Source: Aplysia californica (Eukaryota). Taken from it: a DNA stretch of 64,000 nt. The first letter of the stretch is position 1. Each line of letters opens with the position of its first letter. The DNA lies in contig NW_004797511.1 of NCBI RefSeq assembly GCF_000002075.1, positions 881,549 to 945,548 of the forward strand, in the 5' to 3' direction. Below the pieces are notes generated by a model. That model saw only the letters and a list, made by a program, of their open reading frames with translations, was not told the origin of the DNA and searched no databases. The position numbers and the translations under genes are program-made. Shown in pieces: positions 49,059-62,130 of this stretch.

Positions 49059-52000
49059 CTGTAAAAAAAAAGATAAAGTAACGTCAGACAATTTTTCGTC
49101 CTAAACGAATGACACCAAAGGATGCCAATAAATTGCAAACTGAGTGAGGAGGAGGAAAGGGGGAGTGGATACATGAATGGACCTTCATATCCCAGCAAAA
49201 AGAGAGAAATGTAATAACAATTGTTGTCAAAGATTTACCAAAAAACCCCCAACAAATATTGTTTCACAAGCACTCACAGAATCAAGACGGGGTAACAAAC
49301 AGCAAAATATTGATGGAACTAAAATACTTAACAACTTTCCTTTATCTTTGTGCAGAAATTTGGAATACAGGAGCCCATATGAACACTTAATTTCAGTCAT
49401 AACTTTGATTGTTGGCAACATTATAAAACACATTACACAAAAAGTAACACATTCAGACAAAACCTTCCAATGGGGGAGGGGGGAGATGCTAGAACTCACT
49501 TTCCAGCAAAGTCTTGGACAGTGCGTACATAGGAGAGTGTGTGGGCTGGCCCTAATCTCGACAGGAATGACTTGACCTGTTCTGGGTGTTGTGATGCCAC
49601 CTCTAGCCATAAATGTCTGTGAATAGAGTAAAAAAGAAACCTTAAAATCCTGCAAAAAGAACAAAAACTTGGATGCATTGGAAAAATGTATAAAGCATGT
49701 TGCAAATATTTTCATGAAAATTAAAATGCAAGACAAAAACAGCTCAAACCATTTACATTTGTACACAACTTAGACAAAAGTGACAAAGCACGCATAGTCT
49801 TCACAGATGACAAAAAATGAGCTTCATCTTCTATGAGATGTAAAAACAAGTAAAAGTACGCTAAACGCTGTAATGATGTAAAAATTGAATTTAAGAAGTG
49901 TTATCTTTCCATGGCACAAAATAATGAAGGTTTATGTTTTTATTAAAAATCTTAAGTCATACAAATGACAAAAGCATTTGTGCAAATGACACAAACAAAA
50001 GCAACAAAATGTGTACAACTCTTTGCTTGACAACATAAAAAACTGCCTTAGCACCACTATACCATACACTGAATGCACAACTGACGGAGAATATGCTCAC
50101 CCATTAGGAGACAACAACTCTGGTGCCTGCTGAAGGATCTCAGAGACGAGATCAAACCCATCAGGACCACCGTGCAGGGCAACAGGGTCTTCAAATCTGA
50201 AGGACGACAAGACCAAGGTTAGGCTATATAATATATGTGAGGGATCGTGGTGAAATCAGGCACTTGTCAAAATAATAGAATCGAAGAAACCAGCATTTTT
50301 CTGTCGGTTACAAAACTTTTGTTTTAATTTAAAAATATTTTGGGCTTAACACCTTTTATGACAATTTAAAAACACAAGTCTGTGTTTATGTTATTGAAAA
50401 AGTTTGATTACCGGCACAAAAATATAGATTTCCAGTTTCCAAGGACTCTCAAACTATGGAAGTCACTGAACTTTGGAGGCCATTTTCTCACAAATTTTAC
50501 CTCTGAAACCAGGCGACCTCCACCTTAAATTGCAAACATCTTGACTTCTATTAAAAAAAGAGGTTCACATTTTTTTCATTGAAAGTAAGACAAATAAACA
50601 AGCTTCAATTTAAGATGACACCAGGAACTCCACATGTCCAAAAATTGACGAGCACCTGATTCCACCACATCGTGACAAGTATGTGTGTGCGCATGTGAGA
50701 GCACATGTGTGTGTTATGGAGTTTAAGTAAGTAAAGGAAAAGCACATGAAAAAAACAACAAACAGAAACACACTTGTATTAAAAATTCTCCTCATTTACA
50801 GTCAAACCTGCCATCATGGCCACCTGTATAATATGACCACCTGTACAAACGGCCGCTTTCCATTTCCCCCCTTACGTTTTTCTATATAATTCAACTATAT
50901 AAAACGGTCACCAGTCCAATGCGGCCGTGGCCACCTTATTTTATCAACCCATGGTCAAATTTATCTGCCTCAGGCAGCCAGGCGTGGTCACTCGCTACCT
51001 GACGCTTTGTCATAAATTTTGAATCATTCACCTGTCATTATTGTTAGTTCCTCCAATGAATGCTTACCCAAGTTAACCAATGGGTAGGTCCAACAATAAA
51101 TTTTCAACTGCAGGTGAGGGAAGCCTGATCCGTCATAACCTATCAGCCCCACCAACAACTCAAGCACAAATCGTGTGTGAGGTGACTGGTCACCGTTTTG
51201 TTTACCTATTCTGTAACAAAGTTGACGTGAACTTGCGATAGAAGCGTCGCTCGTTCTCCGAGAGGTGGCGACATGGGTGTTTCTTCTACCATGGCACTCG
51301 GCCATCGTCGTCTTTCTTACATAATAGTTTGTTTATTTTGCTTTTGCATAAAATCAGCAACAAAAATAAAGCTAACCCCCCCAATTTTTTTAAAAAACCC
51401 AACAAAACAACAACACAAAAACCACTTCATACATCACTCACCCCCCTTTTTCAAAAGAAAACAAAAACCCTTTTGAATTACTCTTATGGAAGTCTAAAGC
51501 CTAAGATCAGCCCCAGTTTGGACCTCAGAAGAGAATGACTTGCTTTCATCATTTTGATCAGTCCTGCCTAAGATGGCCGCCTGTGTTATACGGCCATTTT
51601 TCTTCTTGACTGTATCTTCTGTCATAAAGTGAAAAGACGTACACTCAAATTTCTCAATACCTGCTTATTTCTGGTTCAAGTATATCCATCTCCTCAGTGC
51701 TGATGTATGGTGGGTTGCTAACCAGCATGTTGAAAGGACCTAAAGATCTCAACTTTGCCTGAGCTGAGAACCTCAGGGAGAATAGAAAGTCAAAGTCAAA
51801 GTGGCAACCAGTGGCTAAAACAGGAAAAAATGAAAACGAACAGAAAGAGAAAGAGACAACATTGTCAGGAGGGACAGAAACAAGTAGAGAGTGGGAGAGA
51901 TCAGGTGTGTGAGAACACAGTGTGTATACAAGCACATGTGTGTAAGTGTATCTGTGAGAGGGAGAGTGTGTGTTTGNNNNNNNNNNNNNNNNNNNNNNNN

Positions 52001-55000
52001 NNNNNNNNNNNNNNNNNNNNNNNNNNNNNNNNNNNNNNNNNNNNNNNNNNNNNNNNNNNNNNNNNNNNNNNNNNNNNNNNNNNNNNNNNNNNNNNNNNNN
52101 NNNNNNNNNNNNNNNNNNNNNNNNNNGTGTGTAGAGATGCGGCAGTGTCTTCATCCCCCCCCCCACCCCACCCCCCTCCCCACACCCGCATACACACACA
52201 CACTCCAAAAACATGTTATCACTGACCTCATCAGCAAAGACAAAAGTCATAAAAGACCAAATCATGGAGAAAAGCAAACAGCAGAATGAAACCACCACCA
52301 GTGTAGACAACATCTAAAGTACAGAAGAACACGCTACAGGACATGAGGTTTTTAGTTTTAGCTTTAGTAAGAGTTTTACGGCACTTGCAACACAATAAAA
52401 TCATATAAGTGCCAAAGATTAGAGGTGCTACAAGAGGGGTACAAACATGACAAAGGAGGAGAGATCAGGACAATAGACGTTTGACAGGAAAGAAAGAGCA
52501 AACCACATCAGAGCACTCGTCAACCACCCACGGACATAAGGGATGAATGTCTGATAAAAAAAAACAACTCACAATCTTTGTTCCTGACATCTCCTTCAAC
52601 CACAGTTAGGCGATCTTTCACACCCACGGCCTCTGCATTATCGGTAGTCAGCTGACAAGCATCTGGCGAGACATCCAGAGCCACAGCGTCTAGCTGTAAC
52701 AGAAGATATAGGAAATACAGTACAACTACATTACAACATAATTTTTCAGTATCAATAATCAAACCACAGAAAACATTAAAATTTAGTCACAATAAGAATA
52801 ATTTTTCAAAGTGATTAACATTTCAATAAATACCATGAATTTAGAAAAAGAAGGGTAATGCTAAATGGGAGTAGAAAAATGATGATTTATCCTTGGAATC
52901 TATAACAACTGTGATGAAACACAGCATTACATCCGGGTTGACAATGCTCAATGAGACACAAGGTTAACAACTCATACTCTGGCAGCGGCTCGGCCACATT
53001 CCTTTACAACGACTTCGACATCAAATTACTTTTCGTCAATTCCCGAAAACAGGTCTTTTTTACCCGGATTTCATTCATTAGATGAAGAACTGTTGAAAAA
53101 GGTTTACTTGTTTAGATTTAATGACATATTTAGTGATGTGCGTGTTTCTTTTAGATTTCGTATCCAAAGTGGGCCCCGGCATAGTGGGTTTACCACCCTC
53201 GGAGATAAAGATGCAAAGTATCAAATCCATTTTGGTAAATATTCTAACTGTTACAGGTGTACCGTTAAAGACCAGTAAGATGTAGAAGGAACTGACTTGA
53301 CTGTGAGCAGAAAGAAGTCAACAGGCCTAATAATAATATTTACAACAACAATAATAATAATAACGATGATAAAGATAACAATAATAAAGGTAGTAATAAT
53401 TATTATAGTAATAATAATTATAAAAGCATTTATTTATAGCAATATTGATTTTGGTCTAAAGTCTATACGGATATGAGTCCAAGGGTAGCTGTATAAACAT
53501 CACCACCAATTTCGGACTAAGAGAGAACTCCACTCACATCAGTGAACCGTTTGAGTATGTAGATGGTCAAAGCACCAGAGCCACTACCAATCTCCAGCAG
53601 CTTATGCTGATGTCCATGTCCTGAACTCATGACATCCTCTCGTAAAGTCTTTGCACACAAGTCTGCAAGTTCCTAGAAAAGAAAAATTTTGTCTAAAAAG
53701 AAACTTGAGACACAATGAATAGAGATATCAATACTGAATGATATTGTGTTCATTTTTCATTTACCACGACACATATCATTCGGTAACAACAGTGAGACCC
53801 GAGATTTATCAGGGAAATTTAAAAGTTTATTTTATGTGGCCAAGGATTTATTTTGATTGGCCACACAACAATAAAAACATGCATTTCCTCCCAAGCAGAG
53901 CTTAAGTTCTGACTAAAAGGATTACCAACACGTGTGAATTTTCTGAGACAAAAAATTTCATTCCATAAGATAAACCTCTAAGAAATATTACACCCAACAA
54001 ATAATGTCAAAATATGCGAGTTCTAAAAACAAAGAGGGTAGCAAAGGTAAGATCAATGAAAGTGCAGTTGATGATGTAGGCTCATATCTCTATTTTTAAA
54101 AAGTGGAATGGAAAATTGTAGAGCTCTCAAATACACCTTTTCAGAGATGGGCATTAATTCAGATGTTCCACCTTTTAAATCACTTAAATTCTAAATAGAC
54201 ACCTATTTAAAAAATTAGTTGGTTCTCACTTTGGGCCAAAATTATGACAATGCTTGTACACTGAAGCAAATGAGGACCCATAAATTTTTAGCTGCGGTCA
54301 TCAAACATGAAGTACTGATTTATATTGTTAGCTGCTGTCATCAAACATGAAGTACTGATTTATATTTTTAGCTGCTGTCATCAAACATGAAGTACTGATT
54401 TATATTTTTAGCTGCTGTCATCAAACATGAAGTACTGATTTTTTTACCCACTTAAAGGGGGACTTACTTCTGTCTCAGGCCTTGGGATCAGCACTGGTGG
54501 CCTCATCTTGAGGGTCAAATCATGAAAGTCCCACTCCTCTAGCACATATTGCAAGGGCATTCTGTAAAGACAAAACCGGTATTTTTCAAGCCTTGCATGC
54601 AAAACAATCAAATGCAAAACTATTGTAACTCAGGTTTTTTTCAAATTTTACACACAAAAAACTGATTTTTCACTACCGCCTCCATCAGAAATACCTGGAA
54701 TTTCAATTTAAAGTACATGTTCACAAAACAATTGTACGACTCTGGTGTTTTTACAAAGCATGCGCCCCTTCCCAGTGCCCTGGAACCTGTAAATAAGTGA
54801 TTTTTTCATGAAAATCGCAGACTAAGATACTTGTGCTACATGTTATATTTGGTTCCCACACAAGGGAAAGTTGAATAATTGTATACCACTGTCTTTCAGT
54901 GTGAATGATATAGGTTTTGCAGCGCTCGCAACTGCATAAGGTCATATGAGCGCCATATAGCCTACTCAGACCGGGTTGACCCACACAGGCAAGTTCAAGC

Positions 55001-58000
55001 AGCCACCTCCTAAATGATCTAAACTGAGTCAGTTCGAGTACAAAATAGTTACAATCAATAATAAAGAGATGAAGATCAGCAACATCAAAGGTAATCAAAT
55101 AGACGCCTCTATATCCTGGCAAACTCTTTAATAAGTAACTTTATTCAACACTATCTTCACTGCATACTGCATGCTACTGCCACAGACAGTCACTTCAAGC
55201 TGAGTGCTTTCTTTACTGATCACAGGTTTTAATAACGAAATAAATTGAATGGGCATAATAAATATACATCTCTTGCAGGAACACAGATTGTCCAGAGTGA
55301 AGAAGGATTTGTTTTTGTCATGGATGTCAAACAAGTTGGATTAAGAATGTGAGAATCTGATTCAGCCAATACTGAACTGAGAAGTAATCAGAAAGTACAG
55401 TTAATTCACAGTGAAGATTTTTAAACATAAATCAGAGAGAAACTTAACACATCATAAAACAGGACTAGCCACTCAGCCCATCCCAAAACATATTTCCCCC
55501 TCTAATATCTGAAAATGTAAAATGGGATCACCCCTATCAACACTATAAGGTTATTTACAGGGCGGGACCTATATGAGTTTAATGTCCTTCTCAGAAAGGA
55601 CAGAACCAAACAAGAAATTTGTGTAAAGTGTCTTTCCAAAAGACACAATGTCAGACCGAGCTGAGGCTCAAATCCCCGAACCCATGACCTCACAATCACA
55701 GGTCCCGTAGCCTCTGGTTTCCACCCACCTTTCTATTTCTTCCTGTCTCAAGTCTATGAGCTTGTCACTCAAAACTGCTAATGAGTGCTGTAACACCTCT
55801 GGTTGGCAAATGGTTTCCTAAGGGTTATTTCCATCAAAGGAAAGAAGCTCAATTGTGTCACAACGTGGTAGAATCAGGCGCTCGTCAGTTTTTGGGCATC
55901 TAGAGTTACTGGTATCATCTTAACTCACTTGAGCCTGAGCTATTTTTCACCCAACAACCAATGCAGCCTGACACTTTTCAGGTATATTGAAGCATTAACC
56001 ACAAAAATACAGTGAAAGCTATCATGATTTTTTTAATATGCAACAAGAGAAAGATAGAAATGCTCTCAAAGAAAAAGAAAACTGCATCTAATTTACCCAA
56101 ATAGTTTTTATGTTATCAATATTTTGAAATGGCAATGTCTGGGGTTGCGCAATTTTTTTTTTTTGGCGTCCAATTTATAATACAATCATCTATCACAATG
56201 CAGGGGTAATTTTCACAACTTAAGTCCGTTACAGCTCAAAAAAGTATAGCATATAACTTCATCAAATTTTTACGAAACGAAACAAGTGGGTCAACTGTTT
56301 GCTCACTGCTTCCAGTAGCGTGTAACAGAAAATCACAGGACATATCGATCAATAAAGCGCATCTCTTAAATACACATGATTAGGTCACCGGGCCAGCGGG
56401 GCGTCCCGTAAATACACAGGAATAGGCTCAAGTGAGTTAAAGATTGTTCATTTGACCATCTTTTGAAAAAAAAAAATACATGCCTATTTTAAAATTAGTG
56501 AGAAAACAGCCTCCAAAGCTTGGTGATTTCCAAAGCTTGAGAGTCCTTGGAAATTGAAAATTTACATTTGTTGTGCCTTTAATCAATGTTTTTCCGTAAA
56601 ATTCACATAGAAATATGATCTAAACGGACATAAAAGGTGTTGAGCAAAAAAAAAAAAACATTAGAAAAAAATTGTTAAACTGGAGAAAAATGCTGATATC
56701 TTCAATTTCATTATTTTGACGAGTGCTGATTTCACCACAATGCCTCACAATTGGTTACTCATTGTTTCAGATGTTTATGAGAGATTTTTTTTCCTAGATT
56801 ATAATGACACTGTCCAAGACGACCACCTGTCTAAGATGACACCTTTTCTCCTCGATAATGAGCAGTTGTCTTGGATAGGTTTGACTGTATGTCTTTGAGC
56901 TAAATTCTTAGAACATCTGTTAACTCACCGGGTAAGTCGCTTTTTACAGAGGTCATTGACTTTCGTCATCTGATGCTGGGTCAAGCATGCCTCCATGTCT
57001 GTGTTGTTTAGCTAAAAATTGAAAGCGGGATATTATGATACAGATTACCACAAAAACAAAATAAACCCTCTATTTCCTCAAAATAAATGCAAATTACAAT
57101 GACACGGTTATTATAATTGAACACAACAATTATGAGAATATCCAAGACAAGAAACGAGGGAAAAATTAAAATTCTAAGAGAACCCATGACTTTGGAATGA
57201 GACCAAAAAGTGGGATCCAGGCATCAAGTACTGCACTGGAAACAATTTGTAAGACAATTCTGACAGCTCCAGGAAGAAAACAAGTCCAACCTGATAGGCA
57301 ATATGGTAAAAAAAAAGTTACTGCAGCCTCGCACCTATCCAAGCAGCTCGTAAAGACTGTGAAGCAGGTTTCAGTTTTGATAAAGGATTTGTTGACAAAC
57401 CTGTTAAATGGTCAAGACTTCCCAAACATTAGACTAGTCCAGTTAATATTTTTCGTCTTGAAACACATAAAAAACACTCGGAATACTTCAAGTTCAGTGC
57501 CATGAAGAACAAAAGCAAAGCTAGAGATAACAATTATGAAGGGTTGGATTTTGGATTTGAAAATCAGGAAGAATTTGGAAGAAAGAATAAGAGAATAATG
57601 AAAAGTTTGGAAAACCGGGTGTTCTTTAACATGCAATTCAATGGCCTACATAAAATGCAGGCCTATAGAGGTGAGTTCAGTAGCAGATTACAAGGCATTC
57701 AAGGAGCACACATAAGGTACTTAGTGGGGTCAATCTAAGAAAAATCATTTCTATTTTTAAATTCAATATTCTTTACTTCTTGAGCTAAATTACCAAGATT
57801 CATTTCTGAGGCTAAAACATCATGAATAAACACTCACTGTTTTCTGCCCAGTAACATGAGCAATAATGTATTCTGCACAAACATCTGGTTCAGGAACTGA
57901 GAGCAGGGAAAATCTTTTCTTCCAATCATTAAAGACAGTGACGATTCTCAAATCTTTGACAGAGTTCCCACTGTATTTCCGACGGAGCCAAGTTTGAATC

Positions 58001-60978
58001 TGGAAACAAAAATAGAACAATACAACCAGTTAGTACCCAGTTGTAGCTGTGTAACTGTACAAAATCTGATTTTCTGGGACACACACCAAAGGCCTTTAAG
58101 AACATCAAATGGAATGAAGTGCCCATTTCTATGAAGACTTAATACACGCAATGCCCATAGGAGGATCTGGTCGGTTCATTTCAGTTTCTGGCGGCTTCAG
58201 TGCACACTATATAAATAGACCCACCGCCCACACCAATCGCCCCACGCGCGGCCTTGAAAACAAATGCGATTATTATTGAAAGTCATCATAAGTTTCGTCG
58301 ATTTTGCCGCTCCCATGGAGGACAATCTGGCTAGCCCCAATCCGACAAAACCGAACTGAATCAAACCGATGATGTCAATGCGCTCTGCTTATTAAATGAG
58401 AGCCAAGGTCTCCCACACAACAGTTTTCCTTTTGCGGTACAGCAGTTTGGTCAGTGGAGAATGTCCTTGAGTTCTTCAAGCACTTCCCTACAGTAAGAGA
58501 AGAGAACTGACCAGAATGCAAAGACCTCAGCATAGAACTCTTCAGCCCCAGCAACAAGGAGGAGAAGCTTGAAGAGGTTAATTTTAATTTTCAAGATGGA
58601 CAATTTTGATTCTATTATTTTGATTTATCAATCATCAACTTATTGTTTAGTTTTAGTAAGGTTTTACAGCAATCGCAACTGCAGAAGGTCATATATGAGC
58701 ACCAAGGGGCGGTAGTCAACAGAAAAGTCCAAACGGGGAATCAGGCTTACTCTGCTCACCTCTCTAGCAACGACGACTTTGGCTAAATGTTGTGAAGTGC
58801 AAGACATCCGAAGGGGCAGTGCTTGGGTCAGCGCCACTGACACACCTTGGCAGTATACTCGAGTAGTAGCAACCTTAGGCAGAGAATGTTGTGAGTGGCC
58901 AGAGGGAGCAGCCAATGCCGAGGCAGAGACGCTGATAGAGGAGAACAGTGAAGACGACGACATAGTCATCTTCACAGATGGATCAGTACAGCTGGTGTCA
59001 AATCTAGATGGGCTTTCAGCGCCGTTGAAAAGGGGTCATACAGAGAGAGCTGTCAGGTGCCACTTGTACAATACCATGTCCAGTATGTGCATGGAGAAGA
59101 AAGCCACCACAGAAGCCCTTAACTCATTAACTGGATTAAGATGACGGAGTATCAATCTGCCATCCTCATCACAAACTCGATGAGTACCCTCGAAAAAGTG
59201 GAGAAACACATGATGTATGCAGACTGGCGAGAGGCAATACAAAGCAGCAGACTCACAAGGATTGTATGGATCTTTAGCCCTGGTCATGCAGGAGTTCAAG
59301 GCAATGAACGAACATGCTGATAAGCTAGCCCAGCCAGTGTGAAATTGGCAGCAAATTAGATCCACCAACAGTCATGGCAGCATTGACAGCATGGTTCAAT
59401 GACCACAGAGAGGATGAAGGCACCACTTCACACACAAAGAATAGACTAAGGGAAGCTGGTGTCTCTGGAGGGTAGGGGAGAGACAGCAACCTGCATGGAA
59501 AAACCAGAAGAAGCTGTTAGTCATGGCAGCATTGAAAGCATGGTTCAATGACCACAGAGAATGAAGGCACCACTTCACACACAAAGAATAGACTAAGGGA
59601 AGCTGGTGTCTCTAGAGGGTAGGGGAGAGACAGCAACCTGCGTGGAAAATCCAGAAGAAGCTGTTAACGAACATGATCAGCAGGCAGACCCTTTCATGGA
59701 TCCTCGATAGGAGAGAGGAGCAGTTATGGCATTGTGCCGCCTGCAATGATGCCAATTCTCCAACCAAGTAAGTAAGTTACCTCTCTAGCCTCAACAGCAC
59801 AAAGTCTGCTTCGACTATCAAGGCACCCCGGAAATTGCAATTCACATGTGTAGGTAGTCCTTCATTGCCGGAGATGACGATGAAATCCTGCAGCTCATCT
59901 GTGGATGCGCATGTGGCTGTGCCATCCGATCCTGGATGTACAATGTCTGTTGCAGTGGGGACACTGGAATGTCGTGGTTGGGGTGCTTGGATTATGTCTT
60001 CTCTCTCGCTTCTGAGAGTCAGCTTCTCCCTCTAGTTTGTACATGTTCCACTGTTTCTGCTGGCAAGACGGACGTTCCTGCGCCAGGCGTTCCTTTTGGT
60101 GGCAGTTCTTTCGAGATTTTTGGGGGTCATCTGTGCAAACTGGAGGTTTTCCTTTATTGTGTCTTTGAACCGCTTTTTTTGGCCCCCCGAGATTTCTTTT
60201 GCACTTGCGAATTCGCCGTACAGCAGTTGTTTGGACATTTGGTGGTCTTCCATGCGGATGGCAAGGCCGACCCATCTCAGTTGGGCTTTGACAAGCATGC
60301 TTACTATGCTTTGTGAGCTTGATCGGCTGAGGACCTCAAAGTTGGTGATGCAGTCTTGCCACCTGATGTGGTGTATACTGCAGAGAGCCCTTTGGACACT
60401 TTGGTGGAACTGCTCTAACTTGTTGATGTGTTTCCCGTAGAGTGTCCAGGTCTCCGAACCGTAGAGGAGGGAGGAGAGCACAACGGCTTCGTACACTTTG
60501 ACTTTTGTTGACAGCCGGACATTGTGCTGTTTTAGTACTTTGTTTTTCAGTCTACCGAGAGCTTGCTGTTTCTTGAATCAATTTCCTGATCGATGGAGCC
60601 GTCTGCAGAGATGATACTTCCAAGGTATTTACAGTTCTTGGTGTTCTTCAGGCTGTTGCAATTCACAAGAGAGTGACAAACATACAAAAAAGTTCTAGAT
60701 CTAGAGGGAAAATGACGATAGAAGTAAGGATGAGGAAAGAAAAGCAGCAATTCCCCCTTCGTTGTTCCGGCACAGAATGAGCATGACATGACATTGATAA
60801 ATCAGCCCATTTACAACTTTTACACAGTGAAATTATATAGAAAAAAACGTAAGTTGGGGGGGGGGGGATGGAAAGTGGCCGTTTGTACAGGTGGCCTTCC
60901 TATAGAGGAGGCCGTCAAGGCACATTCGACTGTATTTTAAAAAAAATTGATACCTACGCTTCTGTAATAATAGTGCAT
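49016..60978 (-). CDS. HEMK1: HemK/PrmC-family release factor glutamine N5-methyltransferase, mitochondrial; about 324 aa
   Basis: complement join(60958-60978 [tentative],57838-57999,56929-57011,54468-54561,53538-53672,52573-52693,51661-51763,50101-50196,49500-49616,49016-49058) = 975 nt, phases consistent. Motifs: [32 protein letters not shown] (SAM motif I), [27 protein letters not shown]. Confidence 0.93.
49500..49616 (-). CDS. HEMK1: HEMK1 exon
   Basis: [14 protein letters not shown]...VQDFAG. Confidence 0.92.
50101..50196 (-). CDS. HEMK1: HEMK1 exon
   Basis: [17 protein letters not shown]...LLSPN. Confidence 0.94.
50799..51612. mobile_element. TA-flanked Tc1/pogo-type MITE (CAGTCAA...TTGACTG); related ends at 32920, 56887 and 60932
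   Basis: Terminal inversion with TA and repeated GGCCACC/GACCACC subterminal motifs. Confidence 0.65.
51661..51763 (-). CDS. HEMK1: HEMK1 exon
   Basis: [24 protein letters not shown]. Confidence 0.93.
52349..52531 (-). mobile_element. ~175-bp short retroposon copy in a HEMK1 intron
   Basis: Reverse complement of the family; TSD GGACATGAGG/GGACATAAGG. Confidence 0.88.
52573..52693 (-). CDS. HEMK1: HEMK1 exon
   Basis: [20 protein letters not shown]...GDVRNKD. Confidence 0.93.
53538..53672 (-). CDS. HEMK1: HEMK1 exon
   Basis: ELADLC...[21 protein letters not shown]. Confidence 0.95.
54285..54442. repeat. 40-bp minisatellite x4
   Basis: GCTGC(G/T)GTCATCAAACATGAAGTACTGATT at 54291, 54331, 54371 and 54411. 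Confidence 0.95.
54468..54561 (-). CDS. HEMK1: HEMK1 exon
   Basis: [31 protein letters not shown]. Confidence 0.95.
55924..56436. mobile_element. TTAA-flanked MITE; related fragment at 959-1140
   Basis: TTAA|CTCACTTGAGCCT ... AGGCTCAAGTGAG|TTAA, perfect 13-bp TIR. Confidence 0.85.
56929..57011 (-). CDS. HEMK1: HEMK1 exon
   Basis: [27 protein letters not shown]. Confidence 0.9.
57838..57999 (-). CDS. HEMK1: HEMK1 exon
   Basis: [11 protein letters not shown]...[20 protein letters not shown]. Confidence 0.88.
58720..59778 (+). mobile_element. LINE 3' fragment with an RNase H domain (I/Ingi group), with an internal ~130-bp duplication
   Basis: [49 protein letters not shown]; (AAGT)n tail. Confidence 0.8.
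59780..60640 (-). mobile_element. RTE/BovB-like LINE 3' part
   Basis: [44 protein letters not shown]-terminal zinc finger [21 protein letters not shown]. Confidence 0.88.
60958..60978 (-). CDS. HEMK1: HEMK1 probable first coding exon (MHYYYRS; may extend to the ATG at 61014)
   Basis: AACAACATG context; phase-0 donor GTAGGT at 60957 matches the phase-0 acceptor at 57999. Confidence 0.5.
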
Positions 60979-62130
60979 GTTGTTGGAAAATAAAATAAGT
61001 TGGCTTTGGGACATGCAGCATGAGGTGACTGTATTTTCGAAAAACTCAGAGTCTTAGTGACAATCTGTCAAGTGTCAACCGTCTGTTTCGGTGTTTGCAC
61101 AGAATAGGCCTAGAGAGGCAAGTTCATACAGTCATTACTGTGGATCTCTGATCTCAGAATCTGTGACCTTTTTTCATATTGAGTTTAATTCGTTAAAAAT
61201 CGTTTGCAATCTGTATTTTGTTTGTTTTGGATCGATATTTTGTAAAATTTGCACGGCTATCAGCCGTGGGATGTCAAGGAGAATGGCTTAATACTATAAA
61301 CTAAATTTCTGTGTAGCTTCATATCTTAATTTGGTTCTTAAAAATATTATATTTAAAAAAATTATTTCTTATTAAAAATGAATTCAATTTTTTTCTGAAC
61401 TGAAAGCTGTTTGTGGTTTTCAAGTTAGGAGTTTAATAGTGTGTGTTCCGCTTATTTAATCCGGTGTATGATTTCATATTCATCGCGTAAACAATCACAA
61501 ACGGTGAAAACATACGGATTTCTATGATTCACACAAATTCGTGATCACATTCATCATTCAGCCTTTCCTGTCCCGTCAAAAGAGCAAGCAAGAAAGAAAA
61601 CCAGTTACAACAAAATCCAAACAACAGTACTTCTCGGTTTGGAACAGATGCACACAAATGGCACTGAGTAAATTATGTTTTTATTTTCTACTTCTACTGT
61701 CACTGTGATCTTACGTGTAGTTCCGTTCGGGTTCATTAAGTCCACGATCCATTTGTTTACACCCAGAGAAGAAATCCACAAGTATTGATGACCAAATACT
61801 ATTTGAAATAGGCTACACAAAGAGCAGGGATGCAACCTAACTGCAAAACATCAAATTAGGATAAAATTCAGGGGGGGCATGCCCCCCTGAACCCCCCCTA
61901 CTCTAGACTTTAACGAAGGAAACTACAAAATTGCCACATTTTCTTGGACATACAGATATGTGAAAATACAGATACTTAAATCTCAACCTATGACACGATT
62001 CTAACGCTTACGATCCAGGTGCACCTAGCCTAAGATCCTGCTGTTTTATTTAAGACAAAATGAATGCATTTCAAATTTCAGATCGATCAGTATATTAATT
62101 ATAGAAGGCTACTGTAGTTATTGGCTCGGC

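Noticed and set aside
49227-49766. 179-aa minus-strand ORF
   Set aside because: Out-of-frame overlap of a HEMK1 exon and its introns; no recognisable domain.
54285-54442. Regularly spaced repeats resembling CRISPR (also 9500-9750 and 62700-62875)
   Set aside because: No unique spacers, no cas genes and a eukaryotic context; these are tandem or subterminal repeats.
58170-58370. GC-rich segment with CCAAT as the HEMK1 promoter
   Set aside because: It is bounded by inverted ends (GTCGGTTCATTTCAGTTT / AACTGAATCAAACCGAT), so it is more likely a MITE, and I found no in-phase ATG-donor there.
60547-60789. [11 protein letters not shown]... as the HEMK1 first exon
   Set aside because: It runs into RTE sequence, and I found no convincing phase-0 donor or presequence.
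15971-60978. AASS-HEMK1 as a functional cluster
   Set aside because: Both products are mitochondrial but act in unrelated pathways; convergent adjacency alone is not evidence of co-regulation.
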